Below, one piece after another: positions 46,792 to 55,754 of a DNA stretch of 64,000 nt; the stretch's first letter is position 1, and each line of letters starts with the position of its first letter. The position numbers and the translations under genes are program-made. Source of the DNA: Candidatus Marinacidobacterium sp. Lineage in GTDB: Bacteria > Acidobacteriota > Vicinamibacteria > Marinacidobacterales > Marinacidobacteraceae. The notes below the pieces were generated by a model, which was given only the letters and a program-made list of their open reading frames with translations, searched no databases and was not told the origin of the DNA. Location of the stretch: positions 1,216,001 through 1,280,000 of the forward strand of contig OZ242011.1 of the NCBI GenBank assembly GCA_965204755.1, given 5' to 3'.

Positions 46792-47804
46792 GCGGCGGCT
46801 CTCAACTCTTCGCGCAGGATGCGAGCGCACTCGACGCCGATCAAGCGGGACAGGTGAACGCAGACCGCGTTGCCGAGCAGACGGTAGCGCTCGGCAGTCG
46901 GGACGGACTCCGGAAAAACCGAGGAATCCACGCCGAAGCCCTGGAGTCGGGCTACCTCTTGGACGCTCAACTTGCGAATCCCCCACCGGTCGCGGAGGAA
47001 GGGAACATTGTGGCCGCCGATACCCATGTTCGCCGTCAGCGTCGGGCACTGGCCGTTCGGCTTCTCGCGGACATAGGAACGCCGAAGTTGATACAGGTTG
47101 CGGTCGGATTTCCCCTTCTCCATGGCCGCGCTGATCATTCGGTAGTACTGGTTCTCCGGAGCGAGGTAGAGATCGTCGGGAGCCTTTCGCCTGCGGTCGA
47201 TCAAGGCGCCGATCTCCGATTTGACTCCGCTGGCGATGGCCGGCGCGGAGAACGGGTTGTAGGGGAAGTGGGCGCGTGAAGCGGCCACCAGGAAGAGCCG
47301 CTCCCGATCCTGCGGCGACTCGCTGACTTCCCGGACATTCACTTTCCAGCAGGTCTCTTCACGAAACCAGTATCCGACCTGGCGCAGTTCTCGGCGCACG
47401 CGATCGAACCAGGCGCCTCGGGCGCCGTACAGCAGGTGAGGAACATTCTCGAGAACGACGAGCGCCGGGCGCTCCTCCTCCGCGTACTCACGCAGAAGTC
47501 TCGGGATCTCGAAGAACAGGCGCCCTCTCGGATCGTCGAACCCGCGGCGGTCGCCGGCCTGGGAAAAACTCTGGCACGGGAACCCGGCCGCCAGCACCTC
47601 GACCGGGCTCAGCTGAGCGGCGGCTACGAACAATTCGCAGACATCCTTTTCCACGACCGGAGCGCCGGGGAACCGGTGGCGGAAGGTCTCGCAGGCGGAG
47701 CGGTCGCAGTCCGACGCCCAAGCGATCTCGAAGCCGGCCTCGGCCAGACCGGAGGCGAACCCGCCCATTCCGGAGAACAGGCAGCCTGCTCGAAGGCGGC
47801 GCAT
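46788..47804 (-). CDS. dcm: DNA (cytosine-5)-methyltransferase
   Basis: LFSGMGG, AGFPCQSFSQAG, VLENV, PQDRERLF, CPTLTANMG, ARLQGF, YRLLGNAV. Confidence 0.95.
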   Translation of the reverse strand: MRRLRAGCLFSGMGGFASGLAEAGFEIAWASDCDRSACETFRHRFPGAPVVEKDVCELFVAAAQLSPVEVLAAGFPCQSFSQAGDRRGFDDPRGRLFFEIPRLLREYAEEERPALVVLENVPHLLYGARGAWFDRVRRELRQVGYWFREETCWKVNVREVSESPQDRERLFLVAASRAHFPYNPFSAPAIASGVKSEIGALIDRRRKAPDDLYLAPENQYYRMISAAMEKGKSDRNLYQLRRSYVREKPNGQCPTLTANMGIGGHNVPFLRDRWGIRKLSVQEVARLQGFGVDSSVFPESVPTAERYRLLGNAVCVHLSRLIGVECARILREELRAAA

Positions 47805-47901
47805 ACGCTGCTCAGTGCTCGGCCGCACCGTAGCGGCGACGCCGGGCGAAGACCCCCGGCCGCGCCTGCGACCGGGCGGCTGCTATCCGCCGACTGCGCT
47901 C

Positions 47902-47917
47902 AGAGAGAGAGAGAGAG
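47902..47917. repeat. (AG)8 simple sequence repeat upstream of dcm
   Basis: cagagagagagagagagaag read directly. Confidence 0.85.
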
Positions 47918-48122
47918 AAGTCTGAGGACACCTCCGGGCGCTCGTCGTCATCTCGTGGCTCGTGGGTTCCGGGGGCAGGCTGCGGCGCCGAAGGGCGCGG
48001 CGGCCCGTCCCGCTCGAATTGTAGAAGACGCCCGCCGTCCCCGCACAACCGAACACCCATGCGCTCGGAACCTGCTCAGGGCCCCCCGCGTTAGGTTCCC
48101 GTCGCACCCCGTCCGTCCCCGC

Positions 48123-49586
48123 ATGATCCTCCGGAAGACCCGCCGCCGCCTCGCCGCCATCCTCCTCGTCCTCGCGGCGGCGGCCGGCGCGAGCGCCCAG
48201 GGCGAGCGGCCCACGGACACCGAACTGGGATGGCTGGAGTCGTTCCTCATGACGCCCGAGGAGCGGCGCGCCTCCATCCGGGCGTTGTCCGCCGGGGATC
48301 GGGGGGCGTTCCGGCGGCTGTTCTGGATGCGGCGGGACCCGACGCCCGACACGCCCCGGAACGAGACGCTGGAGCGCTACCTGGCCCGGGTGCGGCTGGC
48401 CGAGAGCAACTTCCGGAAGGACGGCTACGGCGGAGGCGGCGACCGGGCGCGGGTCTTCGTCCTGCTCGGCCTGCCGGTGCAGACCATCCCGCAGCCGGCG
48501 ACGGAGGACGCCCCGGACGGGCTCCTCTGGGTCTATCCGCCCGACCGGGACGCCGGGGTCCCGGACGGGTTGACCGCGCACTACCTGGCCGACCCCGACG
48601 GGCGGCTCTGGCTGGAGAACCGAGGCGAGGTGGACGACCGGCTCGAACCCCTGCGCGCGGAACTCATCGTCCGGCCCGGGATCCGGTTCGAGCGCGGCCC
48701 GGACGGGCGGCTCCTCATCCCGAACCTGCCCGCCGGGGGCTCCGAGCGCGCCCGGAAGGTGCTGGCGACGATGGCTTCGGACGAGGCGGCCGACGACCCC
48801 GGCCCCCGCGCCGCCGGCTTCCCGTTCCGGGTCACGCCCGCGTACTTCCGGAGCGGCGAGGACGCGACCACCGTGGCGCTCCTGTTCGAGACCCCCGCCG
48901 GCGTACTGGCCGCCGCCGACGACGGACAGTCGGCGGCTTCCGTCTTCGCCCGGGACGCCGCCGCGCCCCGCGCCGCCGCCGGCGGCCCCGGCGAGGGTCG
49001 GTTTCGGTTCGAGACCGCCAACACCCGCATCCAGCCCGGAGGGGGGCCGGCGCGGTTCGAGGCCTCCCTGGTGCTGCCGCCCGGCGACCGCCGACTCCTG
49101 CTGGGCGTGGTGGACGAACAGTCGGACGCCTTCGGGACCGCCGCCATCGAGATCGAGGCCCCGGCTTTCCCCGAGGCCGAGCCGAGTTTCTCCTCGGTGG
49201 TGCTCTACGGGGAGACCACCCCGGTCACCGCCGCCGAAGGTTCGTCCGACCGGGCGTTCCAGTTCGGGCGCACCCACTTCCGGGCGCGGTCGAACGGCAT
49301 CTTCCGCCGCAGCGAGACGCTGGGCGCTTTCTACTTCTTCTATCCCGGCGCCCGGGAGGACGACGGCGCGCTGCCGGAGATCGTCGCCGAGTACACGGTC
49401 CTGAGGGACGGGCGGGAGACCGGGTTCGTTCGTCCCGAAGCGCTGCCGACCAGCACCCGGCAGGCCGCCGCCAACGCGGAGATCCCGCTCGCGCAGTTCG
49501 CTCCCGGGCGTTACCGGCTGCGCATTCGCATCCGGTACCGCGACGACACCTACGAGACCGGCGCCGCCTTCACGGTAACCGGCTGA
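48123..49586 (+). CDS. GWxTD-domain secreted protein
   Basis: Signal peptide; FLMTPEER, FRRLFWMRRDPTPDTPRNE, R...A...F, DRARVFVLLG.P; the namesake motif is degenerate (GYGGGGD). Confidence 0.8.
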   Translation: MILRKTRRRLAAILLVLAAAAGASAQGERPTDTELGWLESFLMTPEERRASIRALSAGDRGAFRRLFWMRRDPTPDTPRNETLERYLARVRLAESNFRKDGYGGGGDRARVFVLLGLPVQTIPQPATEDAPDGLLWVYPPDRDAGVPDGLTAHYLADPDGRLWLENRGEVDDRLEPLRAELIVRPGIRFERGPDGRLLIPNLPAGGSERARKVLATMASDEAADDPGPRAAGFPFRVTPAYFRSGEDATTVALLFETPAGVLAAADDGQSAASVFARDAAAPRAAAGGPGEGRFRFETANTRIQPGGGPARFEASLVLPPGDRRLLLGVVDEQSDAFGTAAIEIEAPAFPEAEPSFSSVVLYGETTPVTAAEGSSDRAFQFGRTHFRARSNGIFRRSETLGAFYFFYPGAREDDGALPEIVAEYTVLRDGRETGFVRPEALPTSTRQAAANAEIPLAQFAPGRYRLRIRIRYRDDTYETGAAFTVTG

Positions 49587-49638
49587 TCGTCCGCCCGCGC
49601 AGGCGGCGAGGGCCGGACGACGGCGAGGCGCCGCCCGC

Positions 49639-50559
49639 TCAGGACCCCAGGTGGCGGCGGAAGAACCGCACGGTCAGGGGCCAGGCCTGCGCGGCGGCGT
49701 TCCGGTTCCGGCCTTCCCGCGCCTCCTGCGCCCGCAGGAACCCGTGCCCGGCGCCGGCGAAGGTGTGCGTTTCGAAGGCCTTGCCGAGTTCGGCCATCCG
49801 CTCCTCCGCCGGCGGCACCGTCGCGTTCACGCGGGCGTCGTCCTCCCCGTAGAGGCCGAGCACCGGCGCTTCCACCGCCGGGAGTTCGTCGGCTTCGGGC
49901 GAAGTCCCGTAATAGACCACCGCCGCGCCGAGGTCGGCGGAGCGGGCGGCGTGGGCGAAACTCGTCCGCCCGCCCCAGCAGAACCCCACGACCCCGTAGG
50001 TCTCCCGCGCCGCCGGAAGCGCCATCGCCCACTCCGCCACCGCCGAGAGCCGGCGATGCGCTTCGTCGGCGTCGAGCGCCCGGATGAGCGCCACCGCGCC
50101 GTCGCGGTCCACCGAGTCGGTGCGGCCCCCGCCCGGCCCCTTGCCGCTGAGCAGGTCCGGCGCGACGGCGATGAACCCGCTGTCGGCGAGTTGGTCGGCC
50201 ACCGCGCGGATCCAGTCGGTGAGGCCGTAGATCTCGTGGATCACGACGACCACCGGCGCGGCGTCGGCGCGTTCGGGATAGACGACCCAGGACTCCACCG
50301 AGTCGCCCCCGGGCGCCGGAACCGACACCCACTCCCCATGCCGCGGCGAGCCGTTCAGCCGGTCGCGGGCGGTCTCGGCGGACGCCGGAATCAGGGCCTG
50401 CGCGGCAGCGGCGCCGGGCGCGAGGAGAGCGGCGAGCAGGACGGCCCGACCCGCCGCGGAACCGGCGCCGGCGCGGGCCGCGAAACGGGGGGAAACCGAT
50501 CGAAAAAGCCGACCGCGCAAAGCCCCGAATGGGCGGAAGGAGCGAGAGAAACCGGGCAT
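49639..50559 (-). CDS. Dienelactone hydrolase family protein (secreted)
   Basis: VIHEIYGLTDWIR, VAPDLLSG, nucleophile GFCWGG, YGEDDARVN, GAGHGF. Confidence 0.9.
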   Translation of the reverse strand: MPGFSRSFRPFGALRGRLFRSVSPRFAARAGAGSAAGRAVLLAALLAPGAAAAQALIPASAETARDRLNGSPRHGEWVSVPAPGGDSVESWVVYPERADAAPVVVVIHEIYGLTDWIRAVADQLADSGFIAVAPDLLSGKGPGGGRTDSVDRDGAVALIRALDADEAHRRLSAVAEWAMALPAARETYGVVGFCWGGRTSFAHAARSADLGAAVVYYGTSPEADELPAVEAPVLGLYGEDDARVNATVPPAEERMAELGKAFETHTFAGAGHGFLRAQEAREGRNRNAAAQAWPLTVRFFRRHLGS

Positions 50560-50715
50560 CCAGCGAGTATAGTCAGCGCGCCGCGTCCGGCGTCCCGCGT
50601 CCTCTTCTTCCGGTGAGTCCCGAGTGAATCCGCGCGCCGCGGGCCCTTCGGCGGGCGCGGAAACCGGCCCCTCCGCCCGGGAGCCGGAGGCGGCGAAACG
50701 GCAGGTCGGGGGCCG

Positions 50716-51417
50716 GTGAGCGCCGACCGCGAGCCCCGGTCCCGGTCCCGGCTGCTCCCGGCGGCGGCCATCGCCGCCTTGGCCATCGCGCTCGCGGCAG
50801 TGTTCTTCTACGCGCCCACGGAGCGGACGATGGGCGACCTCCAGCGCATCTTCTACTTCCATGTGGCCGCTTGGTGGCTCGCCTTCGGCGCGTTCTTCGT
50901 CGTCGCGGGCTCGGCGGTCGGCTGGTTCCGCACCCGCCTCCCGAAGTACGACGCCGCCGCGGTCGCCGCCGCCGAGATCGGCGTCCTGTTCACCACGATC
51001 GGCCTGGCGATGGGGATCATCTGGGCGAAACCGGCTTGGGGCATCTGGTGGACCTGGGACGCGCGCCTGACCACCGCTTTCGTGCTCTGGCTGATCTACG
51101 CCGGATACCTGATGCTGCGCGCCGCGGTGGACGACCCGGTGCGCCGGGCGAACCTCTCCGCCGCGCTCGGCCTGCTCGGCGCCGCCGACATCCCGCTGGT
51201 CTATTTCTCTATCCGCTGGTGGCGGACCCAGCACCCTTCTCCGGTCATCATGGGCGGCCCGGACTCGGGACTCCACCCGGACATGTGGATCGCGCTGCTG
51301 ATCTCGCTCGCGGCGCTGACGCTGCTCTTCCTCTGGCTGTTCCGTTGGCGGGTCCGGCTCGAACACGCCGAACGCCGCCTGCTCGCCGACCGCGCGGCGC
51401 TCCTCTCCGAGTCCTGA
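50716..51417 (+). CDS. ccmC: Heme exporter protein CcmC
   Basis: QRIFYFHV, WAKPAWGIWWTWDARLT (WWD motif), WWRTQHP. Confidence 0.95.
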   Translation: MSADREPRSRSRLLPAAAIAALAIALAAVFFYAPTERTMGDLQRIFYFHVAAWWLAFGAFFVVAGSAVGWFRTRLPKYDAAAVAAAEIGVLFTTIGLAMGIIWAKPAWGIWWTWDARLTTAFVLWLIYAGYLMLRAAVDDPVRRANLSAALGLLGAADIPLVYFSIRWWRTQHPSPVIMGGPDSGLHPDMWIALLISLAALTLLFLWLFRWRVRLEHAERRLLADRAALLSES

Positions 51418-51422
51418 CCGCG

Positions 51423-51602
51423 ATGTCCTGGCTCTTCGCCGGCTACGCCGCCTTCTTCGTACTGCTCGGCGGCTACTTCGCGCGCCTGCTCCTCATGGAG
51501 CGCCGCCTCGCCCGTGAACGGCGCGTTCTCGCCGCCGCCCACGACGAGGCCGGAAACCGCGGCGACGGTTACACTCGCCCCGATCCCCGGTCGAAGAGTT
51601 AG
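51423..51602 (+). CDS. ccmD: CcmD-like small membrane protein
   Basis: MSWLFAGYAAFFVLLGGYFARLLLMERRLARE: one TM plus charged helix, directly after ccmC. Confidence 0.75.
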   Translation: MSWLFAGYAAFFVLLGGYFARLLLMERRLARERRVLAAAHDEAGNRGDGYTRPDPRSKS

Positions 51603-51607
51603 TCGCC

Positions 51608-52138
51608 ATGCCTTGGTGGAAGCGCCACAGTCTCGAGGGACTCGTCGCCCACTCCCCCATCGCCGTCGGCCGTTACATCCTCACGAAGGCCGGCGAGCAG
51701 GGGTTCACGGTCACGCCCATGAAGTTGCTCAAGATCGTGTACCTGGCCCACGGTTGGATGCTCGGCATCCACGGCCTCCCGTTGGTGCGCGGCCGGGTGG
51801 AGGCGTGGCAATACGGCCCGGTGTTCCCGGAGTTGTACCACGCGATCAAACACCGCGGCGCGGAGCCGGTGACGGCGGCCGACCTCCCGGACAAACCGCA
51901 TGAAGTCTTCGAACCGGAAGCGAAACGAGTGATGTCGGACGCCGTCGAACAGTACGGCCCGCTCACGGCCGCCGCGCTCTCGTCGCTGACTCATGCGCCG
52001 AACACTCCGTGGGAATTGACTTACCGGAAAGGAGTTCGCGGCCGAGCCATACCGAACGAACTGATCGAGTTCTACTATCGGGAGATGTTGCGGCTGTACC
52101 ACGAGGGTCACGGACAAGAGGAAGAGAGTCCGTCGTGA
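51608..52138 (+). CDS. Panacea (DUF4065/SocA-like) antitoxin
   Basis: TPMKLLKIVYLAHGW, VEAWQYGPVFPELY, LSSLTHAPNTPW, IPNELIEFYY. Confidence 0.85.
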   Translation: MPWWKRHSLEGLVAHSPIAVGRYILTKAGEQGFTVTPMKLLKIVYLAHGWMLGIHGLPLVRGRVEAWQYGPVFPELYHAIKHRGAEPVTAADLPDKPHEVFEPEAKRVMSDAVEQYGPLTAAALSSLTHAPNTPWELTYRKGVRGRAIPNELIEFYYREMLRLYHEGHGQEEESPS

Positions 52139-52536
52139 ACGCCGAATATCCCTATTCCGACTGGTTGGGCCTCGGTTCCAAAGGACAACCGGCGGCTCCG
52201 GCGCAACAGTCGTTGAAGGGTGCCCGAACACTGCAGAGGCGTGTCGCCGAGAAGGACTACGAACTCAGCGAGAAGAAGCACAAGAATCGATTCCGCGTGG
52301 TCATGCTGTTCGGTCTTCCGATACTCACCGCGGCCTGGCTGTTTCTGATCGCGTGGGCAATCGTGACCGACCGAATCGAAGGCATCCAAGTAGGAATCGC
52401 CTTGGGTGCGACCGGAGCGGGTTTGCTGACAGTGCTCGGACTGCAGATCTCGTGGGCATACTCCCAGAAGACGAGTACGGATACGGATCCTTCCGGCCGC
52501 GTGCTCAAGTCCGTTACCAAGAAGTACGTCCGATGA
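52135..52536 (+). CDS. Two-TM membrane protein, putative Panacea-paired toxin
   Basis: GTGA overlap with the antitoxin; two hydrophobic helices; lower GC. Confidence 0.6.
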   Translation: MNAEYPYSDWLGLGSKGQPAAPAQQSLKGARTLQRRVAEKDYELSEKKHKNRFRVVMLFGLPILTAAWLFLIAWAIVTDRIEGIQVGIALGATGAGLLTVLGLQISWAYSQKTSTDTDPSGRVLKSVTKKYVR

Positions 52537-52788
52537 TTTGGCAACTGCCAAAGAGCGCTGCGATGATCAAGTCCTTGACGCCGCGGCCGCGCATTCCGCC
52601 GGCAGGTCTCCGTCCTGCCGAAGAGGAGGGCGGAACCTCGCGGCGGTCCGCTGTGGTGCGAGTGCGCTCGTTTCAGTCGTCTGACGAGTGCGACGCCGGC
52701 CGGTCTTCGAGGCCGCTCGCGAACGGACGGGGACGGCGGGCACCGGAGGGCGAAGGCCGCGGCGACAACCCGCCCTTCTGACCGAGTC

Positions 52789-54105
52789 ATGACCACCGTT
52801 ACGCCCGGAGGGGGTGAGCGTTTCGCCACGGCCTTCGGGACGGCGATGGCGCTCATCGGCGTTTCGGTGGGGCTCGCCAATGTCTGGCGATTCCCCTACA
52901 TGGCCGGCCAGTTCGGGGGCGGCGCTTTCGTCCTGATCTACCTGGTCCTCGTGTTGCTGCTCGGCGCGCCGGCGCTGATCGCGGAATGGAGCCTCGGGCG
53001 GCTCACCCGCGGCGGCCCCGGCACCGCCTTTCGCGCGATCGGTATGCCCGGCGGCCGCGCGATCGGCGGACTGCTGTTCCTCACCGTCTTCATGGCGGGT
53101 TCGTATTACGCCGTCGTCGTCGCGCAGGTCTTCTTCTACGCGATCCCCGGCCGCGCCATCACCGATCCCGAAGCCTTCTACGCGGCGAACTTCCAGGGCA
53201 TCACGCCCTTGAATGTCGGCTGTTCGGTGCTCGTCTTCGGCGCGATGGGCGTGGTCACCGCGCTGGGAGTCCGCCGGGGGATCGAGCGGGTGTCCCGGAT
53301 CGCCATGCCGCTCGCCGGCCTCGCCCTGCTGGTCGTGGTGGCGCGGTCGGTCACGCTGCCCGGCGCCGCCGAAGGCATCCGCTACTTCCTCTGGCCGGAC
53401 TTCGCCCAGGTGACCCCGGCCACTTTCCTCGCCGCGCTCGGGCAGGCGTTTTTCAGCCTGTCGCTCGGCGGCACCTTCTTCCTCGCCTACGGCAGTTACC
53501 TCCCGTCGTCGGCCAGCCTGCGCCGCCTCGCCGGGACGACCGTGCTCGGCGACACCGGCGCCGCCCTGCTCGGGGGTCTCGCCGTCCTCCCGGCCGCTGT
53601 CGCCCTCGGCATCCCGCCCGCTTCCGGGCCGCCGCTGCTCTTCTTCACCCTGCCGAAGGTCTTCGCGGCCATGCCCGCCGGGCAGGTGTTCGGCCCGCTG
53701 TTCTTCGCCGGGCTGTTCCTCGCGGCGTTCTTCTCGGCGGTAGCCGCCCTCGAAGTCGTCGTCGGCGCGGGGATCGCCTGGACCGGATGGAGCCGCGCCC
53801 GCGTCGTGCTCCTCATGCTCGCCGTGCAGGTCCCCGTCGCCCTTCCGGCGATGGCGAGCACCGCCTACCTCGGCTGGAGCGACCTGGTCTGGGGCTCCAC
53901 CATGCAACCCATCGGCTCCGTGTTCACCTTGGTCGGCCTGGGCTTTTTCGTCTCGCGGGGTCGGGCGCTCGCGGAGGCCGGACGCGGCGCCAAGCACCCG
54001 CCGGGGACGCTCTGGCTCTTCTGGATCCGCTGGGTGATCCCGATCGGCGTCGTGGTCGTGCTGGTCTGGGGCTGGGCCGGCGCCCTCGGGGACCTCCTCG
54101 GATGA
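52789..54105 (+). CDS. Sodium-dependent transporter (NSS/SNF family)
   Basis: GVSVGLANVWRFPY, GGGAF, ALGQAFFSLSLG, GPPLLFFTLP. Confidence 0.92.
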   Translation: MTTVTPGGGERFATAFGTAMALIGVSVGLANVWRFPYMAGQFGGGAFVLIYLVLVLLLGAPALIAEWSLGRLTRGGPGTAFRAIGMPGGRAIGGLLFLTVFMAGSYYAVVVAQVFFYAIPGRAITDPEAFYAANFQGITPLNVGCSVLVFGAMGVVTALGVRRGIERVSRIAMPLAGLALLVVVARSVTLPGAAEGIRYFLWPDFAQVTPATFLAALGQAFFSLSLGGTFFLAYGSYLPSSASLRRLAGTTVLGDTGAALLGGLAVLPAAVALGIPPASGPPLLFFTLPKVFAAMPAGQVFGPLFFAGLFLAAFFSAVAALEVVVGAGIAWTGWSRARVVLLMLAVQVPVALPAMASTAYLGWSDLVWGSTMQPIGSVFTLVGLGFFVSRGRALAEAGRGAKHPPGTLWLFWIRWVIPIGVVVVLVWGWAGALGDLLG

Positions 54106-55262
54106 GCGCGGAGGAACCCGACCGGAAGCCGGGCGGGAAGGCCCCGGCGCGGGCCGGGGGGCCGCCGGCCGGAGGCGGTCCCTCCGCGGCCTCGGGGGAC
54201 CCCTCGCCCGGGGACTCGAGTGCGCCCCCCGAAGCGCTTCCGCCTGCGGAAGGGGAGCCCCGCCGAAACCGCCGGCCGCGGCGCGAGTCCGCCTCCGGCC
54301 CCCGGCCGCTGCGGGTGCGGCACGGACGGCTCCACGCCTTCGTCCGGCAGGCGCTGACCCGCTCGCGCCTCGCGCCGGAGTTGGCGTCGCAGACCGCCGA
54401 CGCCCTGGTCGGGGCGAACCTCTCCGGCTGGGACGAGGACGGCGCCGCCCGCCTGCCGGAGATCGTGGACGGCCTCTCGACCCGCCACCTGAACGCCTCG
54501 CCGAGTTTCCGGCTGGCGGCGTCCTCCGGCGGCGCCGCCGTGCTCGACGGCGGCGGCGGCCCCGGCCCGGCGGTCGCCCACCGCGGGATGACCGAAGCCA
54601 TCGGCGCCGCCAACCGCCACGGGGTGGGCGCGGTCGCGGTGCGCGGCGGCAACCGGTTCGGCGCCCCCGGCCACTTCGCGCGGCTGGCGCTCCCGCACCA
54701 GATGATCGGCGTGGCGGTCAGTTCGGGTCCGGCGCCCCCGCCGGGGCCGAGCGACCCGGCTGTCGGCGGCGACTCCGCGCCCGTCGGTTACCCCGCCGCG
54801 TTCGGCATCGCCATCCCCGCCGCCGAGACCGCGCCGCCCCTGGTGCTGAACACCTGGCTCGGGGACCCGGCGGGCCCGCGCGCCGACCGCGCCGGCGGGG
54901 AGGGGGCCGACCTCGAACTCGCCCTCGCGTTGGAAGCGTTGACCGCGCTCGCCGGCGCCGCCCTTCCCGGCCAGTTGGTCGCCGCCGACCGTCCGGAGCC
55001 GCTCCACGGCGGCACCGGCCAACTGTTCCTCGCCTTCCGCATCCGCGCCTTCGCTCCCTGGGCCGGTTTCCGCAACCGCATGGTGGAGCGCCTCACCGAC
55101 CTCCGCCGCCGCCGCATCCCCTACCCCGGGCAGGCGGAAGGCGCCGTCGAAGAAGAACGCCGCGCGCGCGGCATCCCGCTCGATCCGGATACCGCCGAGG
55201 CCCTCGAGCGCCTCTCCTACCGGCTGGAACTCAACCCCGCCTGGAAGAAAGCCACCGCCTGA
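54102..55262 (+). CDS. Ldh_2 (type-2 malate/L-lactate dehydrogenase) family protein, degenerate
   Basis: ADALVGANLSG, VLDGGGGPG, A..HGVGAVAVRGGNRFG, YPGQ.E...R..GIPL; lacks the conserved His residues. Confidence 0.65.
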   Translation: MSAEEPDRKPGGKAPARAGGPPAGGGPSAASGDPSPGDSSAPPEALPPAEGEPRRNRRPRRESASGPRPLRVRHGRLHAFVRQALTRSRLAPELASQTADALVGANLSGWDEDGAARLPEIVDGLSTRHLNASPSFRLAASSGGAAVLDGGGGPGPAVAHRGMTEAIGAANRHGVGAVAVRGGNRFGAPGHFARLALPHQMIGVAVSSGPAPPPGPSDPAVGGDSAPVGYPAAFGIAIPAAETAPPLVLNTWLGDPAGPRADRAGGEGADLELALALEALTALAGAALPGQLVAADRPEPLHGGTGQLFLAFRIRAFAPWAGFRNRMVERLTDLRRRRIPYPGQAEGAVEEERRARGIPLDPDTAEALERLSYRLELNPAWKKATA

Positions 55263-55289
55263 GTCCCCGCCGTCGTTCCGGCCGACCGA

Positions 55290-55754
55290 TCACGAGGACG
55301 GCGCCCGCGTCGGGCGTCTTCGGTCCCGTTCCCCGGCTCGGTCGGAGCGGGCGAACTGGTTGAGCCACCGCGTCGCCGTGAACGGCGCGATCCGGGCGTT
55401 GCCCATCGCCCGCGCCAACTCGTAGAGCGGAAGCCCGGTGTCGAACACCAGTTCGCGGTATTCCGGAAAGCGCATGCTCCCGAACAGGTTGTAGAGAGCG
55501 CCGCGCGACTCCCGGCCGACTTCGGGGGCGCGAAGCGCCCTCCACAGCGACTGCGGACTCGGCGCATCCGCGTAGCCCGCGAAGTGCCGGGCCAGCAGAC
55601 TCCGCATCACCGGAATCGGCGCGCGCCCCCGGCGCGTCGTTCCCTCCGCGGGTAGCGGCCGCCGGAGCGCCTCCCGGTCGAACCGCTCCAAGGGCAGCAG
55701 CGCCACCCGGCTACCCGGCCGGCTGAGCGACCGGCTGACCGAGCGACTCGTCAC
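55290..55754 (-). CDS. Hypothetical protein coupled to the AbiEii-like gene (candidate antitoxin)
   Basis: GTG 55754 overlaps the upstream stop (GTGA); helical C-terminal region. Confidence 0.5.
   Translation of the reverse strand: MTSRSVSRSLSRPGSRVALLPLERFDREALRRPLPAEGTTRRGRAPIPVMRSLLARHFAGYADAPSPQSLWRALRAPEVGRESRGALYNLFGSMRFPEYRELVFDTGLPLYELARAMGNARIAPFTATRWLNQFARSDRAGERDRRRPTRAPSS

Noticed and set aside
52538-52551. Palindrome TTGGCAACTGCCAA after the putative toxin gene
   Set aside because: Short stem with no clear U-tract; could be a terminator or operator but is not supportable.
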